Below, piece by piece: positions 27,538 to 42,420 of a stretch of DNA of 64,000 bases. This stretch comes from Piromyces finnis finn (taxonomy: Eukaryota > Fungi > Neocallimastigomycota). Position 1 is the stretch's first letter. Each line of letters opens with the position of its first letter. Under the pieces are notes generated by a model that saw nothing but the letters and a program-made list of their open reading frames with translations, did not search any database and was not told the origin of the DNA. The stretch covers positions 434,001 to 498,000 of the forward strand of contig MCFH01000031.1 of NCBI GenBank assembly GCA_002104945.1. The letters are read 5' to 3'. The translations under genes and the position numbers were made by a program.

Positions 27538-28430
27538 ATGAAAATGTTTAATATATGTGAAGATAAATTAAAAAAACTTTTAATTATTATGCTGGTATGA
27601 AAAAAAAAATAAAAGAAAAAATAAAAGAAAAATAAAAGAAAAAATAAAAGAAAAATAAAAGAAAAAAAATAACCAAATAAATAATATTAAGAATGAAATC
27701 ATTATTATTTTTATTAGTATATAAAAAAAAGAAAGTCTATATAGTAATATGTTTTTAATATATTCATAATAAATAGGTATCATCAATACCGTGTTTAAAT
27801 GCTCTTGGTATTATAGTATCAAGCTTTATTCTCTATAGTATAAATAAGGTAATAATAATGATAATGATAATATATATTTTATATTATACTAATTTCTTTT
27901 CATTTTTCTTCCCTTATTTTTATATATAATGTTTTATACATTTTTATAATAGAAAGACACAAAATTATTAAAATTGATGATTATACCCTTTATATTTAAT
28001 ATTCTATTAGTTTTGGGAATATTTATTATATGTATAATTGTAGATGTAATAACATTAAAATCATATATGGATTATAATGAAATTACTATATTATTAAAAA
28101 ATTATACTCTATTTATTCCAATAACAATTGTGGTTTTTATTGTATTATTATTTCAGGTATATATAATTTTATAAAATGAAAATCATACGCGAAAATAATT
28201 TATAGTAGTACTCTTTAATTATTAATAAAATATCATTAATTTTTTTTTTATGAATATAGATTTATATTGGTTTAGTTTTTCCAAATTATATTAAAAATAC
28301 ATTTAATGATAAAAAAAATAGTTATACTATTATTGATGAAATAGCTCAATGTATAAATACAACAGAATCAATATCATCATCACCTTCTACTGAAACAGAA
28401 GCAACTACAGAAATATTCATTGGAAATTGA
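27538..28430 (+). CDS. 4-TM membrane protein with short Ser/Thr tail (paralog 3)
   Basis: Exons ~27538-27594, 27777-27848, 27953-28156 and 28260-28430 are all phase 0. Exon 2 (VSSIPCLNALGIIVSSFILYSINK) and exon 3 (…KLMIIPFI…LLFQ) align by eye with paralog 1. The start could be 27529, 27538 or 27544. Confidence 0.7.
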
Positions 28431-28897
28431 TATAGCACTATCATACTCTGAAAACTCATTATTAATTAATAATAATTCCATAGTATCAAATATGTTATAT
28501 AACTTCTATATGGCATAATAGTATAATACACTATTCATTATTCCACTTTTTTTTTTTTACTATACAACAAGGGAGAAAAAATAATATATATTTGATTATA
28601 AATAACACCATTCTATCTGTCTTTTAAAATCTATGCAAAAATAATTTATAGACTAATATTTTTTTTAAAAAAATTTATATACCAAAAATACACTTGATTA
28701 TAAAATAATTTATCTAAAAATAAAGTTTTGTAATATAATTAATAAATATTTGTATAATGAATATATACAAGTAATAATATTAATAAACTGTAATTCATAC
28801 AATATATTGAAATAATTTATTAAAAAACTTTTTTTTTTACTTTTTCATTCTATGTTTTTCTAAGAACGGATAAGTAATACAATGAATAAAAAGTTGA

Positions 28898-29046
<149 letters not shown>

Positions 29047-30112
29047 GCTAGTTGATATACATTTTCAAAATATTAATAATTAAAAATTATAATAAATTAA
29101 AAATTATGTTTATAATTAATAATTTTTAAAAATTGTAATTATTAATGTAAAAGGTTAAAGTTATTTATATAATCTAACCTAAATAATAAAAATCACTATT
29201 TAAAATGATTTAAAATAAAAAATTTATTTTTATATAATAAAATGTTTTTACGATGATGATGATGATGATTTTTATATTTTATAAACATTATACTTTCGAT
29301 GAATTAAATAAATACCATTAAAAAAGTTCAAATAATATAAAATTATATAAAACTAAAAAAAGAACAATTACAACGAAAATAATAATAATAATTGTTATAC
29401 CAATAACAGAAATAATAAACAATATATTAAATATAATTTATAAATTAATAAAAATAATGTTATGTTGATAAAAAAAAATAGATGCATATTTGGTAAAATA
29501 AAATTATATAATAAGAGTAATAATAAGTATTTTTCTAATAAAATACAAACAAGAATTTTAATCATTATTCAATCAAAACGATAAATACTATCAAAAAATT
29601 AAAAAAAAAAAAAAGAAACATTTTATATAGTTAGTGATAATATTTATAAAATAAATATAATAAAATATTTTAATTTATACACTATTCCTTTGATTATTAT
29701 TTTATTTTATACTTTATTATTTTTCAAATTTAAATACATTTTAAAGTTTTATTTTTATTTTTTTATTTTATTTTTCTGTTTCTCAAATTTAAGCTACATT
29801 TTAAAAGTTTAGTATTATATGAAGTCAATAGATATAAATAGGTTCAACATTATTTAAAATTTATATATATATTTTTTACCATTAAAAACTATTATGATAC
29901 TAATTTTATTTTAAAAATATTTTATTTGATAGATGAGAAATAATTAATTAATTAATTAAAAAAAAAAAAGATATATGAAATGAATATTTTAATAATTTAA
30001 CAATACAATGAAGCTCAAATATAAAAATTAAAAAAAAAAAAAAAAATAATCAAAAATACAAACATAATTTTATTGACAACACATATTTAGAATACTTATA
30101 TAATTATAAAAG

Positions 30113-31217
<1,105 letters not shown>

Positions 31218-31244
31218 CCTAAATAAATTCAAAAATTCAATTTA

Positions 31245-31325
<81 letters not shown>

Positions 31326-34201
31326 AGTTAATTTTTAATTCAAAATAAAATGTAAAACAGTGGTGTAGTACATACCGTCGTCATCATTAAATAATTTACC
31401 GTAAAGAATTTTATTAAAAAAAGATTATATTATTATTAAAATATTTTATGCATATTTCGCTAAAAAAAAAAAAAGTCAAAAATTTTAATGTTTCCTTTTA
31501 TATCAGTAGTAATGTTAAAACTTCTATTTTTGTATAATTAATTTTTATGGTAATATATTTAATTTCTTGTCACTGGTTTAGGCATCATAACCAATAATAT
31601 TAAATTACATATATGGTAATAAAAAAATTTTTTAAAAAATGCTAAATTTATTCATAACGTTGTAGTAAAAATCTTGGTTATTGTAAAGGGTTAAATTTTT
31701 TAAAAAATATTGTTTATTATTAATTAATTTGTAATTATAAAATATTATCGATGTGCTAATGTGCCAGTGTATTTACATTATATGTCATGTAAGTTGAAGG
31801 CTAAAATTGAACAAATAATTATATATAGTTATCAAGTGTGATAGATTATTCAAATGTTATTCTTTTTATTTAAAAAGTAACACAATATATCATTTTTACA
31901 GTTATTATTATTTTTATTAAAAAAGTAACACTGTAGAACTGATTTATTGTTATATAATACTATTTGAGTGACTATTTTATATTAATATTTTTGCGCGGCA
32001 TTATCGAAAACATATATTGATAAACACAAAATAAAGAATTACTGATACTTTTTATTATTTAAATATTTCCTATGTAAGTCTATGCATAGTTCATTAATAA
32101 TTAAATATATATAACTTTATCTTTTCATTATTTATATAACTTTATTCATAATTATAAAATTTTCATCTTTTTTTATTCACCAATAAAATATAAAATAGGT
32201 TTATTATAAATATATTAAATAATATATCTAAATCATATAGTATAATAAATTTTATTTAATATTTAAGGGTGCAATTTCAAGGAATTTTTAATATTTTCTA
32301 ATTACAAAAATAAATTAAATTTTGTTATATATAATATACATATATTATAATTAATTATATCAAATAAGTCAATTTAAATGTAAACGTGTGTAGAATATTT
32401 AAAAAGCTATTCTTTTAATATATTTAACATTTATCAAAATTTGAAACTTTAATCAATAATATTTTAATATATCAGAAAAAAACAAAACAAACATTGCTTA
32501 ATAAAAAGCTTATTTAATATGAAAATGTTACTTTTCGAAAAATTTTGTAACTTATTTTAATATATATATTTATATTTTACCATTTATTATTGGTATTTCA
32601 TTATTTATGTTTTAACACCAAATAATATATTATTCAATTCATTTTAAAAACAGACAAGAAGCATTAATCTTCTATTAGGTGAAGCAAGTATAAATATTTT
32701 ATAGAATATAATAGATTAAAATTTATATAAAATTAATACTTTTATTATTCTAATTACTTTATTATTAAGATTGCTTTTTTTATGTTCATTTTTTCAAAAA
32801 AGAATATTCAATATAGAATTTTATGAGAATAAAAAATAATACAACTAATATATATCTTTTATTTAAATAAATTAAATAATATAACTGTGTAACCTTATTT
32901 GTATAAATAAATTAAATTTTTTATTTTATAATTTTTATTTTAATATTATAGAATTTGTGTAAAGTTACAAAAAATCAATATAAATTAATATATAAAATAT
33001 ATATAAATAAAGTGTATACAAATATAATATAAAATACAATATATATTACTTTATATTATAATATTAACTATCCTATTTTTTTAATGGTCTAAAATACTTT
33101 TTTAAAAAAGCTTATCATATATTATATGCCTTTTTTAGGTATCTTTTAATATAAAGTGTAAACAATATATTTATTATATTAATTTCATTATTTTTTGTTT
33201 TTTTTTTTGCTTATAATATATAATAGAATGTATTCTTAATATTATTGATTAATAGAAAAATTTTAATTAAAGCCATTATGTTGTATAATAATATCATATA
33301 TTACTTTATATTCTAATAGATTTGTAATAAAATAGCTAAACATATATTGGATAAATACTATTTTATATTAAATAAAGTTTTGAAACTGATAAAATTTTTA
33401 TATTAATATTATTAGCGTCATAAAATTTCATTAAATAAAGAATTAATTTTTTTTTAAAAAAATTGTATTTTATATTTATTTATTTATTTCTTTTTCTTTT
33501 TTTTTTTTTTTTTTAAATAAAGATATTTTTTTTATTAATATTTTAATTTAAATTGTTGTTATTTTTATTCTTACATTGTTGTTATATTTTATACATTAAT
33601 ACCAAAAATAGTGTTATATTATTAGAATATAACACTACTATAGTCCTAAATCCAACAAAAAGAATAAAGTAACAAATTAAAATATTTAAAAACATAATAA
33701 ATATCAATAATCAAAAACAAAAAGAACAATAAATCGCAAATCAACAATATCAAAATAAATGATATAAATTTAGTTATAAAATTAATAAATCACATTCTCA
33801 AAAAGAAAAACAAAAATACTTTTAATTATTAAATATAATTCAAATCAAACTTTGAAAAATATTTAAAAATAATTATAGTATAAATTATTAATTATATAAT
33901 TATATATATTAAATCAAAACAAATCAATTTTATTTATATTATAAAATAGATTTTAATAGAAATTATATAATATAAAAATTATATATTTAAATATAAAATT
34001 ATTATAATGTATTTATAGTTTATTTTAAAATAAACAAATTAATTTAAGCTTAACAACAACAATCTTTAATAATTATTTCTTTTTAAATAAAAGCGTTATT
34101 AGTTATTTTTTTTGAACTTTTTAGTAAAAAAAAAAAGCGAAAAAACAAATAAACTTATTCAAAAGATAAAAAAAGTGTAATTAAAAAGAAAAATATTCAA
34201 T

Positions 34202-37066
34202 ATGTTAAATTCAATAAAGTTTTTAATTGCTATAATAGTGACTTTATTTTTAAACTTTTCATATGGTAATTATAATTTATTTTTTATTAATATAAAGTGT
34301 TTTTAATAATAATGATAATAATAAATAAATATTATATTCTGGTATAGGTTCTTTAAATATTAGTCCAAATTATGGAAAGTTTAAAGCAGGTAAATATTCA
34401 CATTATAATTTTCATATTTATTTGAATGTATTATAAAAATATATTTTCATTTTATTTTATTAAAAAATAAAAACTACTTTATTCATTTCTTAATATATAT
34501 TTTTTTGTTATATTAATAAAAGGTGATAAAATTACTTTAATTTTTAATTCCAACAGAAAAGTCAATAATGCAACCATATCGTATCATTCAATCCATTATT
34601 CATTGAATAAAGGAATTGATATTTTAAAGAATATTAATGAAGAAAAATTTGAATATGTATGGGAAATCCCAGAAGAAATCGTAAGTTTATGAAATAATAT
34701 AAATATTTTTAATAAAGATAATTTTATTAATTATAAATTAATTAATAAAGAATAATGATATTGGTTATTTTGCTTTATGGGATAATGGAAGTATATTCAT
34801 TGAGCGTAGTAATAATATTGCGATTATTAACAAAACTGTATTAAAAAATAAGCGCTATGATGATGAAAATAAAATAAATAATATTGATAAAACTTCAGTT
34901 GAATTAGAAAACAATGATGAAGAAAACAATGATGAAGAAAAAGAAAAGAAAAAAGATAAGAAAGAAAATGTTATTACTAATTTAGAACAAAATACCATAA
35001 ATAAGGAACATTCTAATGAGTTTGTTGGTACAATTGCTAATTCAAATAAGGATACAGACATAAAGGATAGTAATAAAAGCGAAATCAAAAATACCAAAAG
35101 TGGTTTTAATAATTTATATATTATTATTGGAGCAGGTGTTATTGTAGTAATTATTTTTGCTTTTCTTTTTGTTAAATTGAATAGCAGTAAAAATGAAATT
35201 CCAACAGGTAAACGTTCAATGAAACGTTTTACCCTTCGTGAAGAAAATGTTCCACCAATAACCAAGTATAATGATACTTGGAAAAATACATTATCAAAAA
35301 ATAAAAGTTTTAATACCTTACCTAATAATCTAAATAAAAATAAAAAATTATCAGATGAAGAGACAGAACAATTAATAAATGGTGATAATTTAATTTCCGA
35401 TGCAGAAAAATTTGCTAGAAAACATGGTTTAACTGATACTGAATGGGTTGCTAGAAAGGATTATATACCATATAGAGAAGATGAATTAGAAATTTATCAA
35501 GGAAATAGAATTAAAGTATTCGAACTTTATGATGATTTATGGTGTTATGGTATGAATCTAGATCATTATGGTACACTTAGTAACGATAATGAAGGTATGT
35601 TCCCAAGTAGTATCTTACCATTAGAAGTTATTACACAATTATTGGTTGCTACAAAAGCAGAAAATAAGATTAATACAAATATTGAGCAAAAATCACAAAC
35701 AAATACAAATGAAGTTACTATTGATTGTAGTGATGATGCAGTTAATAGTAATGAAAACCAAGAATCAAATAAAAATGTATCTAATCCAGTTGTTAATGGT
35801 AATTCTCAATTTACACTACCAAAACCATTAGCAGTTCCATTAATGCCTCCAAAACCACTTCCAAATATTCCAAACTTGAACCGTAATTCATCATTACGTT
35901 CATCTGTTCATCGTAAGAGAAACTCTAATATAATAGATCCAAGTAAAAGTCCATTAATTATGAACGCAAAGCGTATGTCACAGTTATCTAATATTTCTAA
36001 TAATGGAAAGCGTGTATCTCAACTTTCAAATCTTTCAAATGAAATTAAAATAACTCAAGAAAAAACATCAAAACAAAAGAAAAGAACATCTCATCAAGGT
36101 AAAATTTTATTTATAAGTACTAACTCAAGTCAAAAAGAAAGAAAAAATGAGGATGTTAAACATTTATTAAGTTCTCCAGAATCTGATTTCCAAAATAGAT
36201 CTACGGATGAATCCTTGTCTGCAATATCACCAATTAACAATTTGGATTTAAAACAAAAGCAACCTGTTGCCAAGCTTGTTTCACCAATTAAAGATGAAGC
36301 TGATACCTCAATTATAAGACAAAAGGATGAGCTTTACCAACAACAATTATTAATTCAAAAACAAAGAGAACAGTTACAGCAACAAAAATTAGAACAGCAG
36401 AAATTGCAAGAGCAATTAAAGCAACAACAATTACATCAACAATTGCAACAACAACAAATTCAAATGCAACTTAAACAATTACAACAATTACAGCAAGAAA
36501 AGGAACGCCAATTATTACAACAAAAACAACAAATTCAAAAACAAATTCAACAACAACAAATGGAACAAGAACAATTAAGAATTCAACGTGAACAGCAACA
36601 AATAATACAAAAATCAAAATTAAAAGAAATAGAATATGAAAGAGAACGTCTTTTACACCAATCTATGAATAAACAAGAGAATAGAGATTCTATTCTTCCA
36701 TCTTACACAGAAGCAGTGAATAATAATCCATATAACTTTAGTTCCAGTTCTAGTTCTGAAAATATGGTTGAAGGATTCCCATTACCACCAAATATGTCTA
36801 TACCATCTCCAAAAGCAATGTCACCTGTTTCTAGCAGCTCTGGAGATCAAGACCCAGAATTATATCCAAGAAATACATCGTATAAGCACCAGATACAAAA
36901 ACGTGATTTACCACCTGAAGATTATCCACGTAATATCTCAAGAGCTTACGTCGATGAACATCCTTCCATTGGTAGAAAAATAAAGCAAACCAAAAATGAA
37001 GAACAAAGTTCAAATAATAAAGAAAAATCCGCTTTAAAACAAAAAGAAGCAATGAATTATCAATAA
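34202..37066 (+). CDS. Type I membrane protein: signal peptide, small ectodomain, TM helix, cytosolic SH3 domain, PxxP and polyQ coiled coil
   Basis: Exons 34202-34265, 34348-34389, 34523-34680 and 34751-37066 splice in frame. Signal peptide MLNSIKFLIAIIVTLFLNFSYG; TM LYIIIGAGVIVVIIFAFLFV; SH3 ARKDYIPYREDELEIYQG…DDLWCYG…EGMFPSSIL. Confidence 0.85.
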
Positions 37067-38117
37067 CAAAATTTAGATAGATGTATTAAGTAAAATTAAG
37101 AATTAATAAAATAGAGGTTTTAATCTATTTTTCGTAATTTTTTTTTTTTTAAAAAAAATAAAAGATAGGATAAAATTTTATTATTATTGATTTAATTATT
37201 AGATAAATTAGTACAAAAAGTTTGAATTTTTTTTCATAATAATATTTCTCATTGCACATAAAAATGAAATAATAATAATAAAAAAAACAAAAAGCAAAAA
37301 ATAAACAAATAAAAAAAAAAAGTAATAATAATAAAAAAAAAAAACAACTCATAAATATAAATAAATAATTAAATAATAATAAATTATATATGTATTTTAA
37401 ATATTCATAAAAATCTTTTTTTTAAATGTTTATTTAATCAAATTGATTAAAGGTAGTAAAATAAGGTAAAAAATATTATAAATCAAATATAATAGTATAT
37501 AAAAAATTTGTTAAAGGATACTGTTCATAAGTTTAACTTTTTTTTTTTTTTTTTCCTTTTTAAAAGAATTAATAATTTTTTATCTTTATTTAGTTTAATT
37601 AATTTAAATAAGCTTTTATATAAGAAAAATAAATATTTTAAAATTAACATTTTTGAAACATAATATGAAACAATAGTAGTATTATAGCAATATATATATA
37701 TATATATTTTTTTTTTGGGTGAATTTTTAATAATTTAATTTTTAATAAATGAATTACTATTTTACAAAATTTAAACTTTAATTATAATAATAATAATAAT
37801 TAATTAATTATTCATCTTTACTTTCTTTCATGAAGAAATGTATCATATTAGTATTATGAGTATTTTAATTCTTTATACATTTTTAATAAAAAAAGAACAA
37901 ACAAACAAAAAAAATATATATATAAAGTATAAAATAAATATTCTCTTTATATAAAAATTTAAATAATATGTTATTCAAATGAAAATGATATGAGGTTTTA
38001 GAAAATAAATATATATGAATTATTATTATTATTATATGAAATTGTATTAGAAATTTATCTTTTTTTTTTTTTTTAAAAAAAAAGATTAGAGGAATATCAA
38101 AAGTTAAAAATTTTATT

Positions 38118-38189
38118 CTCCGCATAGGGGAATCGAACCCCTGCCGCCACGGTGAGAGCGTGGAATCCTAGCCACTGGACCAATGCGGA
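38118..38189 (-). tRNA. tRNA-Glu, anticodon CTC, intronless
   Basis: Reverse complement is TCCGCATTGGTCCAGTGGCTAGGATTCCACGCTCTCACCGTGGCGGCAGGGGTTCGATTCCCCTATGCGGAG. It folds into a full cloverleaf with a TTCGATT T-loop, followed by a T-run. Confidence 0.97.
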
Positions 38190-38870
38190 TATTACATTAT
38201 TCAAATTATGGGTACTTATATTTTTTTTTCATCCTGCTATTTCCAAAATTTTCAAAATAACCAAATTCATCATTTTATAAATTAAATAAATTGAATTAAT
38301 TATCATCATTATCATTTAAATACACATCACTAATGAATAAGAAATTCTTTTGATAGTTTATCAATATGTATTTTTTTTATATAAAAGAAGGGTTAGAATA
38401 AATAAATAATTCTTCAATCCAAAAATAATTTAAATATTAAAATCAATTTAAAAATCAAAAAAAAAAAAAAATGAAATTTAATTTTTTTTTTTTTAATAAA
38501 ATAAATTTACATTTATAAATATTTAAAATTAATATATAAATGATATAAAGATAATAATGATAATAATGTTAATGATAAAAAAAAAGAAAAAAGAAAATAG
38601 TATATATATATTTGTATTATTTAACATTTGTTATTTATTCATTATTAAATTATTTATTAAGTAAAAATTCTGAAATAAAATTATTATATTTAAAAGTTTT
38701 AATAAATTTCTTCATTAGAAATAGTTATCTATCTATATATTTTTTTAACATAACATTAATACCTATATAAGAATATATTGTACTAAAATAATTAAAATAA
38801 AAATATAATATAGAAATTATATTAAGAATAATAAAATGATAATAAGAAATAAAAAATAGTATTGAAATAT

Positions 38871-40975
38871 TTTTTTTTTCAGACTAGGAAGAGAATACAC
38901 TTCTTGTATTTATTTATTTAATTTGAATATTACATTATATTAGGTGATAATACATATTGATATAATAGATAATAAATAAAAATGATAAAAAATAATTATT
39001 TAAGTTACATAAAAGTTACATAAAAGTTCAATGAACTCTGTAATTTGTACTGTGTGGGATTGGTCCCTACCTAATAAATTAAATAAAATAAAAAAGAGAA
39101 GTAACATCTGGTAGGATAGTGTGGTGTCTACTAAACTCTCCCATGAGTTCATAATATTTTCATTCGAAGAAATGCTAATATTGAATCCTGTGTACGGAAC
39201 ACTGAGAATATTCCTTTGCCATATCGGTACGACGTCCGCGCTCTTGATTACGTTAGGTGTCTTACTAAACCTATTGAAAAGTAGCTTCATAGAGCTACTA
39301 ATGATAGGGATTGTTTTAGTAAGAAAAGCCGCGAGACCCTCTACATATAGAACATGAGATCCTGATGAACTGTAAAGCTGTTCATTCAAATGTCTTTGAT
39401 TCGCCTTATCGATTTGTAGCTCATTATAAGCTATAGTTCCACCAAGAAGGAATGTAAAAATATAGTTATAAATTGTTTTTCTTACTTCCATTTCAGGGAA
39501 TAAGTAAGTGATGAATTGATTATTGTATTTATTTTGAAAAAGGGTAAAAAGATCGTCAAGAGAGTTAAGTGAAGAAGTTCTGTATTCAGAGAATGCAGGA
39601 CATTCTAAAATCCAATGATAAAAATATTGTTCATCATACCCGAAACATGGACAGACATGAGGGCAGTTAGATGTAACTCTATTACTGGCAATAGCAATTC
39701 TGGTAGTGTTTTCATAACCGTATCGAATACGTATAATCCAAGTAATTCCTAAATTTAAGTGAGGCTTGTTGAGACCGATATGCATTGGGCGATTTGAATT
39801 AAGGAATTTGTTGTTAGTGTATCTGAGGGCTTTACTTCCATTATTTAGGCTATTATTATTCCAATAATGTTTTCTAATATTTTTAATATTTATTTTCATA
39901 AGTTTCTTATATAGTGAACAAGATTCTTTGGCCCAAGAGTAATGAGACATGGGAGGAATAGATTGGACGAGATCTTTAATAATACAGTTTGATTTTCTCC
40001 ATTTAACAAAGCATTTTACTTGTTGCGCAGCACAAATACAAATCCTTAAATCCCTTGTAAGAGCATACATGCTAATAAACGAATTTCATTCAAAAACAAA
40101 ATTCTTGTTATTTAGACTTTTACTGTGAAAGCTATTGATACTCCATAAAACAGCAATATTGATAAGAGATTGGACTCTGCGAGTTTTATTTTTGTTAAAA
40201 TCAAGTAATAGAGCATAATAAGAGACTTTACTTAAAATATAGGAATGAATGACTATACTTTTTGAACCAATAGGAATACAATTGTTGGTAAGAAAGTTCT
40301 TAATGGAGAATAAAGATTTTTGAACTTTTTTGTACATGTTAGATAGAATGGAAGTCAGAGAAAGATCTTCATCGAATTCTAAGTATAGTAAAAAACCTTT
40401 GGAATCGAGTACATACCAATGTAAAATGTTGGGTTTACATAACTAGGGGATCGGTTTAACATTTTTTTTTTTTTTAACGGCAACAAATATTTTTAAACTT
40501 TATTAGTAATTTAATTAAAATTATAATACATGTAATATAATAAATTAAAAAAAATAATAATAATAAAAAAAAAAATATGTTTAAATAAATACAAATGAAT
40601 AAAAATTGGGTATACTGTATTCTAGTAATTTTAATTAAAGTAAAAAAGCCTCTATTATACTAAAGTACGATAATTGTATTTGGCTTCCGATGGGACACCG
40701 AGTCAAAGATCAAAATTTTGTCAAGGGTCAAAATTATGATCTCCATTGGTTGCGCTGGCCCTCCTGGCCTGTCTTACTGTTTCTTCAGCATTGACGTTCT
40801 TGGCTGTTGTTTCAAACCTTTTGAACATTGATCATTGCTGGCCAATAGCAAAAGGCATGATTTTGGTTTAACGACAATAGTTGCAAATTTATTTATTCTA
40901 AAAGACATTTCACTTAAATTGACCCAATCAAGAACTAGATTAAGCATCTCTTGAAGGTTCTTCTTGCTAGGAGTA
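38871..40975 (-). mobile_element. 5'-truncated, frameshifted non-LTR retrotransposon (LINE) copy 1: RT C-terminus, CCHC-type Zn region, 3' UTR and poly(A)
   Basis: Broken frames read PSKKNLQEMLNLVLDWVNLSEMSFRINKFATIVVKP and YVNPTFYIGMYSIPKV…EFDEDLSL (RT end/thumb), then VCPCFGYDEQYFYHWILECPAFSEYR. The 3' end matches copy 2 and abuts an A-tail. The 5' boundary is approximate. Confidence 0.85.
40461..40864 (-). mobile_element. ~400-bp poly(A)-tailed retroposed insert nested inside LINE copy 1
   Basis: Flanked by direct repeat GGTTTAAC at 40453-40460 and 40865-40872, which splits the RT peptide at IVVKP. A 14-nt A-tail lies at its 3' end (T-run 40462-40475). Confidence 0.7.
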
Positions 40976-41091
40976 ATTTTACCAAAGTAAAAATTGTATA
41001 TAATTTCAAATGGAACTTATTAGAAGTCAAAGGTAAAAATTATGAACTTTGTTGGTTGTGTTTGCCCTAACGACCTATTTTAAACCTTTTA

Positions 41092-41096
<5 letters not shown>

Positions 41097-41123
<27 letters not shown>

Positions 41124-41755
41124 AGACTAGGAAGAGAATACACATCTTTTATTCATTTATTTAATTTGTGATATTACATAATATTAGGTGATAATACATA
41201 TTGATATAATAAATAATAAATAAAAATAATAAAATATATATAAATAAAAATATAAATATAAAATAATATAAAATAATTATTTAAGTTGCATAAAAGTTCA
41301 ATGAACTCTGCAATTTGTACTGTGTGGGATTGGTCCCTACCTAATAAATTAAATGAAATAAAAAATGAAGTAAACTCTCCCATGAGCTCATAATGTTTTC
41401 ATTCAAAAAAATGCTAATATTGAATCCTGTGTACGGAACACTGAGAATATTCCTTTGCCATATCGGTACGACGTCCGCGCTCTTGATTACGTTAGGTGTC
41501 TTACTAAACCTATTGAAAAGTAGCTTCATAGAGCTACTAATGATAGGGATTGTTTTAGTAAGAAAAGCCGCGAGACCCTCTACATATAGAACATGAGATC
41601 CTGATGAACTGTAAAGCTGTTCATTCAAATGTCTTTGTTCCGCCTTATCGATTTATAGCTCATTATAAGCTAAAGTTCCACCAAGAAGGAACGTAAAAAT
41701 TTAGTTATAAATTGTTTTTCTTACTTCCATTTCAGAGAGTAAGTATGTGATGAAT
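41097..41755 (-). mobile_element. Short 5'-truncated LINE copy 2 (3' ~660 bp) with poly(A) and an 11-bp target-site duplication
   Basis: High identity to 38880-39515. A long T-run precedes AGACTAGGAAGAGAATACAC, and CTTTTAATCAA is duplicated at 41086-41096 and 41756-41766. Confidence 0.9.
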
Positions 41756-42420
41756 CTTTTAATCAAAATGGGTATTCTTATTTAATTTGATATTTACAAT
41801 GTACTTTCATTTTCTTTATATTATCATTGTTAAGATTTTTTCTTACAAGAAGAAATTTAATAACTTTTTTGCATATACCAAAACAATTATACAATAATAG
41901 TAGAACTACCATAATTTAAAAATTTTTAATTTTCTCAAATTTATTACTTTTCCTATCATAAATAATAATATACAATTATAAATATTATATCACTAACCGA
42001 AAGACTTATTACCTACTAAATCATCACTAATAAACTCTTATTTATCAATTTATATTTTTTAATAATAACACCCTTAAAAAACACATTTTATTTAATAATT
42101 AAAATATTAATTTAACTTTCTTACTAAAACATTTTTTATCATTCCTCAAATACTACATATTTTCAGCACTTAACATTTTTCATATTATTGTGATAATGTT
42201 TCCAGATTTAACGATTATTATTAATACATAATTGTTTTAAATATCATTCAAATTTCAAATATTTTTGTTTTATCCTTTTCTTATACTTGTAACACTCAAT
42301 TTGTTTTTGCGTAATAAATTATTCTATCCTTTTTTTTTTAATTTTTTTTTATTTTTTTTATTCATATAAAAAAAATATTGACTTCTAATTCCACGTCAGT
42401 ATTTTTACATTTTAAATTGT

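Noticed and set aside
31500-32000. Possible fifth 4-TM paralog (hydrophobic peptide FLVTGLGIIT, GT donors)
   Set aside because: Stops in all candidate frames, and no exon set matching the phase-0 family pattern could be built.
40741-40860. CYWPAM peptide suggesting a Ty3 integrase Zn-finger relic
   Set aside because: Too short and interrupted by stops. The TSD and poly(A) better support a retroposed insert.
38860-40990. Target-site duplication for LINE copy 1
   Set aside because: Only a weak AAATATTTT match was found, and at the wrong boundary. The 5' end could not be fixed.
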